Of a DNA stretch of 64,000 bases, positions 56,649 to 64,000 are shown in pieces. Made by a program: the position numbers and the translations under genes. The DNA comes from Arcobacteraceae bacterium (GTDB taxonomy: Bacteria > Campylobacterota > Campylobacteria > Campylobacterales > Arcobacteraceae): NCBI GenBank assembly GCA_023229945.1, contig JALNYH010000002.1:21548-85547 (forward strand), read 5' to 3'. The notes under the pieces were generated by a model that worked only from the letters and a program-made list of their open reading frames with translations, was not told where the DNA came from and searched no databases. Each line of letters starts with the position of its first letter. Position 1 is the stretch's first letter.

Positions 56649-57860
56649 ATGAATTTTTCAGGACTTAGCCTAGACCAAGCACCGCCTATTTTCGTACCTT
56701 TTGGATTTTTTATCACAGCTTCTATTTTAGGTATTTTTGGAAGTTTTCATATCGCTTTTTTTGACTACAGCTATGTATATTTTCACTTTATCACCATAGG
56801 TTTTTTTGGTTTTGTGATGATTGGGGCTTTGTTTCAGATGTTCCCTGTTATGATTGGTATTGGGGTCAAAAAAGTACTTCCCACATTTTATATAGTCTTT
56901 TTTTCTCTACTTTTGGGACTTATTTGCTTTTACTTAGGATACACACTAGATAATCATATCTTTATGGCACTTACATCACTTTTTTTAATAAGTGGTTTTT
57001 TGAGTTTTTGTCTTGTTTTCCTATACTCTCTTTTTAGCTCATCCACTCACCACGATGCCACAAGCATTGCCATGGCAATATCACTCATCTTCCTAACCCT
57101 TGGTACACTTTTTGGAGCATATATACTAGCTCAATATTATATAATTCAAAATTCAACATTCATAATTCAACATTCACTCCACATCAACACCCTCTTCTTT
57201 GGAACAATATTCATCCTTATTATGGGTATTAGCTTCAAGATTATCCCTATGTTTTGGGTAGCCAAAGATTACCCAATTTATTGCAAAAAGTTCATACTTC
57301 CACTTATTACTTTTCTTGTAACTAGTTTTATTTTCTTACAACTTTTTGGAATAAATTTTGATGAGAATATCTATTATGCTCTATTTGCATTGCCTTTACT
57401 AGCTTTTTATTCCATTACTATAAGAAGACTCAAAGATAGAAAAAGAAGGCTCACAGACTACAGCATATATTTCTTATACACAGGACTAAGCTTAGGCTTC
57501 ATTGGGGCATTACTTCTAATTAGCAAAAACTTTATTACCATAGATTCTCATATATTTCTGACTTTATTTGGATTTGGTTGTGTTTTATCTTATATATTTG
57601 GATTATTATACAAAATAGTCCCTTTTTTGTGTTGGTTTCATCTCACATCAAAAGGCTTGTTTGATATTCCCACTATCAAAGAATTTATTGAACTAAAATA
57701 CATAAAAGCCCATTTTATCACACATATATTATTTATAGCAGTATCATTTTTTAGTATCCAACTTGCCTCATTTTTGCTTATTGTATCTTTTGCCTTACTT
57801 TTATACAATATTTCAAAAGCTTATTTGATTTATCAAGGTATTACCAAAAAACTGCTATGA
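56649..57860 (+). CDS. 12-TM membrane protein, paralogue of 42455..43672
   Basis: 403 aa. FHFITIGFFGFVMIGALFQMFPV motif aligned with its paralogue. Same position after a DUF2249-like gene. Confidence 0.5.
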   Translation: MNFSGLSLDQAPPIFVPFGFFITASILGIFGSFHIAFFDYSYVYFHFITIGFFGFVMIGALFQMFPVMIGIGVKKVLPTFYIVFFSLLLGLICFYLGYTLDNHIFMALTSLFLISGFLSFCLVFLYSLFSSSTHHDATSIAMAISLIFLTLGTLFGAYILAQYYIIQNSTFIIQHSLHINTLFFGTIFILIMGISFKIIPMFWVAKDYPIYCKKFILPLITFLVTSFIFLQLFGINFDENIYYALFALPLLAFYSITIRRLKDRKRRLTDYSIYFLYTGLSLGFIGALLLISKNFITIDSHIFLTLFGFGCVLSYIFGLLYKIVPFLCWFHLTSKGLFDIPTIKEFIELKYIKAHFITHILFIAVSFFSIQLASFLLIVSFALLLYNISKAYLIYQGITKKLL

Positions 57861-57866
57861 TACCAT

Positions 57867-58628
57867 ATGACTTTACAACAACATATTGAGCAACTTCTAG
57901 CACAACCTCAAAAAAACAGAGCCTTTTCTACCACTTACAATGGTGAAAAGATTTGGATTAAACTCCCTGCTATGGGAGAATCTAATATGTGGCATAGTGT
58001 TTTAAAAATACTATTCAAAATAACCCACAATCCTCTTCTAGCCCCAACAGTAGTGACAAACCCAAAACAATCTCTCAAAGATGAAGGACTAAAGCTAAAA
58101 CATCTTGATTCTTTGGGTATAAATGTACCAAAAGTGTTGTTAGCTACAGATGAATATTTAGCCCTTAGTGATTGTGGTACTCCACTTAGTATATTAATCA
58201 AAAAAGACAATATTACCAAAGAAGATAAATCTCAAATTTTTGCAAAACTAGCAACTACCCTAGCATCAATGCACAACAATCAAATGTATCATTCAAGACC
58301 AGCCTTAAGAGATATCACATATCATAATGGGAATATATACTTTATGGATTTTGAAGAAAACCTTGAAGGGATTTTGACTACAGAAGAAGCTATTTTGAGA
58401 GATGCAATGATTTTCATACATGCACTATATAGAAAAGTCCCAGATGAAAAGTTGATAAATCAAACACTATTGATATACACAAACTCACTACACCCAAACA
58501 TACTACAAAACCTCAAAAATGAAGCTCAAAAATATAAAATTTTGTACTTTTTATTACAAATTTGCTACAAAATATTAGGAAAAGATGCCAAAGCAATATT
58601 CAAAACTCTAAATTTTTTAATTTTTTAA
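57867..58628 (+). CDS. protein-kinase-like fold protein (Kdo/WaaP/RIO-like)
   Basis: 253 aa. HSRPALRDI catalytic-loop-like segment and a FMDFE (DFG-like) segment. Weak family call. Confidence 0.4.
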   Translation: MTLQQHIEQLLAQPQKNRAFSTTYNGEKIWIKLPAMGESNMWHSVLKILFKITHNPLLAPTVVTNPKQSLKDEGLKLKHLDSLGINVPKVLLATDEYLALSDCGTPLSILIKKDNITKEDKSQIFAKLATTLASMHNNQMYHSRPALRDITYHNGNIYFMDFEENLEGILTTEEAILRDAMIFIHALYRKVPDEKLINQTLLIYTNSLHPNILQNLKNEAQKYKILYFLLQICYKILGKDAKAIFKTLNFLIF

Positions 58629-58753
58629 TAAAATTATTTTATTCACACTATCTCACTTCATAGTATTTGTTTAAAGTTATTTATTTTATATTTATAATAT
58701 TAATTTATTATTATATTAAACATTGTATATAATTAATTTTAACTTCACATATA

Positions 58754-60826
58754 ATGAGATATAATAATACAAATTTTTTACAAAAAGATAGGGGATATTT
58801 AGTGTTAAATTCATTGACGGTAAAAGGTAAGTTACAAGTTGTAACTGCGTTGGTAGTTTTAGGTTTTGTGCTAATTGCATTGTTTAGTTATATAAGACTT
58901 AGTGCTCTAGATAAAGAATATAAAGATACAGTGGTAATAAGTGAAATAAAACAGCTTGTTAGTAATACTTTAATAAGTAATATAGAAGGGGCTTCAGCTA
59001 TTAGAATGATGATTTTAGCTCCAAATGATACACAAGCTCCGAAAACATTAGAAACAAATGTAGCTTCTGTTGAAGAAGCTATAAAAACTTTACAATCACC
59101 AAAGTATGCTAAAGCATCACAAGGGTTTACTAAGTTTAATATTGGTGAGTTACATACAAATTATGCAAATGTACTTCAATCAATTTTAATAAAAAGAGCA
59201 AAAGGTGAAGAAATTACTCCTGAAGATAATAAAAAAGTTGCAAAAAATCTTCGTCCTTACAAAGCAGCCCTAAATGAATGGTTAAAAGCAAATGATACAA
59301 AACAAATATCTCTTAGTGGTAAATTTGAAACTACAATAGCTTCTACTATTACTATATCTATTTTAATATCTTTGGTTATTATAATCTCAATATTTGTGAT
59401 TATATTGTTGATTGGCGGAAGTATAGTGAATTCTCTTCATACATTTAGTAATGGTTTAAAAGATTTCTTCAACTACTTAAATAAAACAACCAAAACAATA
59501 CAACTAATTCATATTGATGGTAAGGATGAGTTTAGTGTGATGGCTGATATGACAAATACAAATATCAAACATATTGAATCTCAAATCATAGAAGATGATA
59601 TGTTTGTATCTGATGTTAATAGATTTGCGAAAGAAATAGCTTCTGGAAATATGCTAGCAAAAATAGAAAAAAACACATCAACTCAAAACTTAGCAGAACT
59701 AAAAGAAATTCTTACTCAAATGCAAAAAAATTTAGAACATTCTATAGCAAGAAGTATCCCTATGCTTATAGAAATATTAGAAAGTTATACAAAACAAGAT
59801 TTTACAAAAAAATTCCCAGATGCTTATGGTAAAGTAGCCCTTAGTGTAAATTCTCTTGGTGAAAATATGTCAAAACTTCTTATGCAAAACTTACAAGATG
59901 GTATGGCACTAGATTATAGTACTGATGTTTTACTAGAAAATGTAGATGTACTAAGTCGTAGTGCAAACTCAGCTGCTGCATCTTTAGAAGAAACTGCTGC
60001 TGCATTAGAAGAAATCACAGCTACAGTTGTAAGTAATTCAAACAATGTAGCCCAAATGTCACAGTATTCAAATCAAGTAAGTAATTCAGCAAAAAAAGGA
60101 CAAGAGCAAGCTAGAAATACAACAACTGCTATGGATGAGATTACGGCTCAAGTAGCATTGATAAATGAAGCAATCACAGTAATAGACCAAATTGCATTCC
60201 AAACAAATATTCTATCCTTAAACGCTGCGGTTGAAGCTGCAACTGCTGGTGAGGCTGGAAAAGGATTTGCAGTAGTTGCTGCTGAAGTGCGAAATCTAGC
60301 ATCAAGAAGTGCTGAAGCTGCAAAAGAAATCAAAAACATAGTTGCAAATGCAACAAATAAAGCAAATGAAGGTAAATCTATAAGTAATGATATGATAAAA
60401 GGTTATGATGAGCTTTTAGGTAATATCAATAAAACTACAGCCGTTATTGCTGAAATTGCAAATGCTTCAAATGAACAACAAGCTGGTATCACCCAAATCA
60501 ATGATGCCGTAACAGGACTAGATCGTCAAACTCAAGAAAATGCGTCAATTGCATCACTTGTAAGAGAGATAGCAAGCGAAGCTGACCAATTATCAAAAAG
60601 AATGGTTGTTGATGCTTCTAGTAAAGAATTTTTTGGTAAAAACGAATTTCTAAAAGAATCAAAAAACAAAATCCCAACAAAAAATACACAAACAGTAGCT
60701 GTGAATAAATCAGTAGCAAAACCTCAAATAAAACATACCCATAATGAGAGCGTTAAACCTAAAACTCCACTAAAAACAATAACCCCAACCAAATCATCAA
60801 AAGATGACGAATGGGAGTCATTTTAG
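58754..60826 (+). CDS. methyl-accepting chemotaxis protein (helical-bundle sensor) with a C-terminal xWxxF tail
   Basis: 690 aa (start uncertain; GTG at LVLNS is possible). TM-sensor-TM-HAMP-MA. The signalling hairpin is nearly identical to the MCP at 39873. Ends DDEWESF. Confidence 0.85.
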   Translation: MRYNNTNFLQKDRGYLVLNSLTVKGKLQVVTALVVLGFVLIALFSYIRLSALDKEYKDTVVISEIKQLVSNTLISNIEGASAIRMMILAPNDTQAPKTLETNVASVEEAIKTLQSPKYAKASQGFTKFNIGELHTNYANVLQSILIKRAKGEEITPEDNKKVAKNLRPYKAALNEWLKANDTKQISLSGKFETTIASTITISILISLVIIISIFVIILLIGGSIVNSLHTFSNGLKDFFNYLNKTTKTIQLIHIDGKDEFSVMADMTNTNIKHIESQIIEDDMFVSDVNRFAKEIASGNMLAKIEKNTSTQNLAELKEILTQMQKNLEHSIARSIPMLIEILESYTKQDFTKKFPDAYGKVALSVNSLGENMSKLLMQNLQDGMALDYSTDVLLENVDVLSRSANSAAASLEETAAALEEITATVVSNSNNVAQMSQYSNQVSNSAKKGQEQARNTTTAMDEITAQVALINEAITVIDQIAFQTNILSLNAAVEAATAGEAGKGFAVVAAEVRNLASRSAEAAKEIKNIVANATNKANEGKSISNDMIKGYDELLGNINKTTAVIAEIANASNEQQAGITQINDAVTGLDRQTQENASIASLVREIASEADQLSKRMVVDASSKEFFGKNEFLKESKNKIPTKNTQTVAVNKSVAKPQIKHTHNESVKPKTPLKTITPTKSSKDDEWESF

Positions 60827-60931
60827 TTTTTAGTTTGTAGGTGGTAGGTGGTAGAGGGTAGAGAAGATAACGAAGAAATAATTTTCCGCTACCACCTACC
60901 ACCTACCACCTACCACCTACCACCTACCACC
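60822..60931. repeat. heptad-repeat hairpin element, copy 2: core with (GTGGTAG)x2 left arm and (TACCACC)x6 right arm
   Basis: Same core as 47013..47066 (two substitutions) plus 14 extra nt in the left arm. The arms form a perfect long hairpin. Fills the entire MCP-dnaX spacer. Confidence 0.85.
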
Positions 60932-62715
60932 TACACTCTACTCTTAACAATAATCTTAGTTGGAGCAAATAGTTCTTTTGCAGTATTTACAAAACTTGAG
61001 TTTAAAATATCATTTACTTCAAGCTCTTTAGAAGCTGGTTTGGGATTGCTCGTTTGTGTCATATCTGCTACACATCCACTACCAAAAGATTCTTCTTCTA
61101 TCATAGAAGAGATATTTTCGCTATCCTCACTACACTCTTGAGGAACATTATCTACTTTTTTTTTTAGCTCTTCTTCGGTAGGTTTATAAAATTCTATTAT
61201 AGTATCATTTCCAAAACACTCTTCTACTACAGTTCTAATATAAGCAAAGTTTTTCCACAAAAGTTTTTTATCATCACCATCAGCAATACTCCAAATATTG
61301 AGTATTTTTGTCATATTATCAAAACTTTTGAATATAAAATTCTTCTCCAAACAAGTACCAAGTTCATAGCTTCTTTCAGATACTTTACTTATTACCAATT
61401 CATAAATATTAGTTTGAGGCTCTATTATTGGCTCTTCTTGGATTTGTTCTAATTGTGGCATTTCTTCCATATTTTCATGTTGGCTCATATTCATATCAAA
61501 ACTTTGAGCTTGTTCTATCTCTTCTTGTATAGGATGTTGCTGTTGAGCTACATCTATAGTAGTTGTTTTTGCTTGAGATATTGTTGGAGTAGTTGGAATT
61601 GGAGTTGGAGTTGAAGAAAGCTCATCTTGGGCTTTTGCTATCATATCACAAGTAGTTTTTTCAAGCTCATTTATAAGTGCATCAATAGTTTTTAGTTTTG
61701 TAGCTTCTACCATCTTAGAAACCATCAAAATAAGTACAAAATCACTATCACTATTAAGGGCTAGTAAATGTTTGCTATCTCCCAAAATCCTAAACATCCT
61801 ATCTATCAAAATAGTATTAAATTTATTGTTTTTGCTAAGCAATTGATTTTTGAGATATATCGCCATCTCATCTATTATCAAATCTGTTTCATAATCTTGC
61901 AATATATTTGAAATATCCAAAACCGTAGCATTTTTGAGTATCATATCAAATATATTATCCATCAAAGTAGGATCAATAAGTCCCAACATATCAGTAACAC
62001 AGCTAGTTGTGATATGCCCTTTTGAGTAAATAATAGCTTGGTCAAGCAATGTCAAAGTATCTCTCAAAGACCCATGCCCACTTCTTGCTATTAGCTCTAT
62101 CGCTTTTGGCTCATAATTTATATGTTCTATATTCAAAATATGTTCTATATGGTGAATTATATCTTTTAGTGCAATAGCTTTGAATCTAAAGTGTTGTGTA
62201 CGGCTCAGTATTGTAGCTGGTAGTTTCAAAGGATCAGTAGTAGCTAATATAAATTTTACAAAAGGTGGCGGCTCTTCTAGAGTTTTAAGAAGTGCATTAA
62301 ATGCTTGAGTTGTAAGCATATGTACCTCATCTATGATAAATACTTTGTATCTACCGCTTGATGGTTGGTATTTTGTATGCTCTATCAAATCTTTGATATC
62401 TTCAATACCACGATTACTAGCTGCATCCATCTCCACAACATCAAGATGTCTTCCACTATTAGAACTAAGACAATTTTGACACACTTCACAAGGTTTTGAA
62501 GTAGGACCTTGCTCACAAAGGAGTGACTTAGCCATAATCCGTGCAGTACTAGTCTTTCCACTTCCTCTAAGTCCACTGAAAAGATAAGCATGAGGCAATC
62601 TTTTCATATCAAGAGCCAAAGATAAAGTTTGAGAAACAGTTTGTTGTCCAACTAAATCTTCAAACCTTCTTGGTCGGTATTTAAGTGCTAATACTTTATC
62701 ACTACTATTCATCAA
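60931..62715 (-). CDS. dnaX: DNA polymerase III subunit tau/gamma DnaX
   Basis: 594 aa. GLRGSGKTS Walker A, IIDEVHML, clamp-loader domains. Confidence 0.9.
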   Translation of the reverse strand: MMNSSDKVLALKYRPRRFEDLVGQQTVSQTLSLALDMKRLPHAYLFSGLRGSGKTSTARIMAKSLLCEQGPTSKPCEVCQNCLSSNSGRHLDVVEMDAASNRGIEDIKDLIEHTKYQPSSGRYKVFIIDEVHMLTTQAFNALLKTLEEPPPFVKFILATTDPLKLPATILSRTQHFRFKAIALKDIIHHIEHILNIEHINYEPKAIELIARSGHGSLRDTLTLLDQAIIYSKGHITTSCVTDMLGLIDPTLMDNIFDMILKNATVLDISNILQDYETDLIIDEMAIYLKNQLLSKNNKFNTILIDRMFRILGDSKHLLALNSDSDFVLILMVSKMVEATKLKTIDALINELEKTTCDMIAKAQDELSSTPTPIPTTPTISQAKTTTIDVAQQQHPIQEEIEQAQSFDMNMSQHENMEEMPQLEQIQEEPIIEPQTNIYELVISKVSERSYELGTCLEKNFIFKSFDNMTKILNIWSIADGDDKKLLWKNFAYIRTVVEECFGNDTIIEFYKPTEEELKKKVDNVPQECSEDSENISSMIEEESFGSGCVADMTQTSNPKPASKELEVNDILNSSFVNTAKELFAPTKIIVKSRV

Positions 62716-63457
62716 TCAAACCTTTTAGCCAATCACTAGCAACATTTTTCAACCCATCAGGATTATCTGAAGCAAAGAATTGTACTTTTGTTTTTTCAAA
62801 ATTCTTGTCACAATGATAGTTTTTTTGCAAATACTCTACTATCGCATCTCCACTATGAATCACTTTCGCACCACCAAGATATGCTTGTATTTTATCTTGG
62901 ATTAGTGGGAAATGAGTACACCCTAGAATCACTGCATCAATTGAATTTAAATCTTTAAAATAAAAATCCATCACACTATCCAAGACAGCACCCTCAAAAA
63001 TCCCCTCTTCAACTACTGGCACAAAAAGCCCAGTAGGAATAGAGATAATATTTTTGTAGCCATCTTCAAAAAGTTGCGTTTCATAAGCTTTTGACTTAAC
63101 TGTAGCTTTCGTACCAATTACAAGTATATTGGCATCTTTATCTTTCACACCATTTTTGAGAGCTATTACACCTGGGTTTATTACACCAACTACAGGAATA
63201 TCAGCATCTGCTTGTAATTTATCCAAAGCATAAGCACTTACAGTATTACAAGCTATTATCAATATATCTATATCAAAATTCTTGAAAAACTCCAAAGCCT
63301 CTACGGCATATCTGACAATAGTATTTTTATCTTTTACACCATAAGGAACTCTAGCAGTATCCCCAAAGTATATAATTTCTTTAAAAAGTTTTTGTTCCAA
63401 AAGTGATTTTACAACAGTAAGTCCACCTATTCCACTATCAAATACACCAACTCTCAA
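62705..63457 (-). CDS. murI: glutamate racemase MurI
   Basis: 250 aa. GVFDSGIGGLTV, ACNT and GCTHFP catalytic Cys motifs. Confidence 0.9.
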   Translation of the reverse strand: MRVGVFDSGIGGLTVVKSLLEQKLFKEIIYFGDTARVPYGVKDKNTIVRYAVEALEFFKNFDIDILIIACNTVSAYALDKLQADADIPVVGVINPGVIALKNGVKDKDANILVIGTKATVKSKAYETQLFEDGYKNIISIPTGLFVPVVEEGIFEGAVLDSVMDFYFKDLNSIDAVILGCTHFPLIQDKIQAYLGGAKVIHSGDAIVEYLQKNYHCDKNFEKTKVQFFASDNPDGLKNVASDWLKGLIDE

Positions 63458-63469
63458 ATGATTCCTTTA

Positions 63470-64000
63470 CTACTCGTTCATTGAGTTAAAAAACTCTTCA
63501 TTGTTTGCAGTTTTTTGCATTTTTGAATATAAGAATTTCAATGCTTCCACATCGTCCATAGTAGCTATTGCATTTCTTAATATCCATATTTTTTGTAATC
63601 TATCTGCACTTATTAGTAACTCTTCTTTTCTTGTTCCAGATTTGATGATATCAAGGGCTGGATATACTCTTCTATCAGCTGCATTTCTACTCAATACTAC
63701 CTCAGAGTTTCCAGTACCTTTGAACTCTTCAAAAATTACCTCATCCATTCTACTTCCAGTATCTACAAGGGCAGTTGAGATGATAGTAAGACTTCCACCT
63801 TCTTCTATATTTCTAGCAGCTCCAAAAAATCTTTTTGGTTTGTGTAGTGCATTTGCATCCACACCACCACTTAGTACTTTTCCACTACTTGGTGTTACTG
63901 TATTATAAGCACGAGCTAGTCTTGTGATAGAGTCAAGTAATATTACTACATCTTTACCCATTTCTACCATTCTTTTTGCTTTTTCTATCACAAGCTCAGC
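63470..64000 (-). CDS. rho: transcription termination factor Rho, C-terminal part (gene continues past the right edge)
   Basis: [15 protein letters not shown] and SGGVD...[31 protein letters not shown] are hallmark Rho ATPase motifs. The ORF is open at the window end. Confidence 0.9.
   Translation of the reverse strand, partial: AELVIEKAKRMVEMGKDVVILLDSITRLARAYNTVTPSSGKVLSGGVDANALHKPKRFFGAARNIEEGGSLTIISTALVDTGSRMDEVIFEEFKGTGNSEVVLSRNAADRRVYPALDIIKSGTRKEELLISADRLQKIWILRNAIATMDDVEALKFLYSKMQKTANNEEFFNSMNE

Noticed and set aside
60848-61141. 97-aa plus-strand ORF with HLPPTTYHLPPTTY repeats
   Set aside because: It is simply the translation of the TACCACC heptad array and then runs antisense to the dnaX 3' end. 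It has no RBS and overlaps a well-supported gene.

Overview
AT-rich (about 30% GC by eye) chromosomal segment with the gene content and nos-cluster architecture of a Campylobacterota genome (Sulfurimonas/Wolinella-like). All family calls come from motifs read in the supplied translations; no database search was possible, and start codons are predictions. About 45 kb forms one denitrification / NO-stress supercluster. It contains norCBDQ plus norE/F-like genes (-), a di-heme peroxidase, a second norCB-like pair, nirS-nirN-PPIase, and a heme d1 operon (nirC-J-F-E, sirC-like, fused nirDL-like). It also holds a clade II cytochrome-c-fused nosZ with nosB-D-G-C1-C2-H-F-L-Y and extra NosL-like/ABC genes, three Crp/Fnr-family regulators, two MCPs, two paralogous DUF2249-like + 12-TM modules, a hemerythrin and a DUF59 protein. 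Then come ahpC, nrdD/nrdG, a TsdA-like cytochrome, a sensor/RR/HK trio and housekeeping dnaX-murI-rho. Main second-look items: (1) An AT-rich ~4.3 kb insertion (15.1-19.4 kb) splits the nir structural genes from the d1 genes. It carries a PRTase + SLOG/DprA-like two-gene operon, a P-loop cassette with a homologous ~140-nt promoter/leader, and an MNT gene with a decayed HepT. (2) nrdD is split: its glycyl-radical domain is a separate in-frame 59-codon ORF, 141 nt downstream and across a hairpin element built from (TACCACC)n heptads. A second copy of that element sits between an MCP gene and dnaX, and ORFs entering the element (one side of copy 1, both sides of copy 2) stop on its first TAG. (3) Thirteen TTGAY-N4-RTCAA FNR/DNR-type boxes each have a -10-like hexamer about 29.5 nt from the dyad centre (28.5 nt for the + side of one shared box). 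(4) dnaX has an A10 run with stops in both alternative frames. (5) The structured ahpC-proximal intergenic region has two boxes, SD/anti-SD-like motifs and tiny ORFs. No rRNA, tRNA, CRISPR array or transposase was seen.
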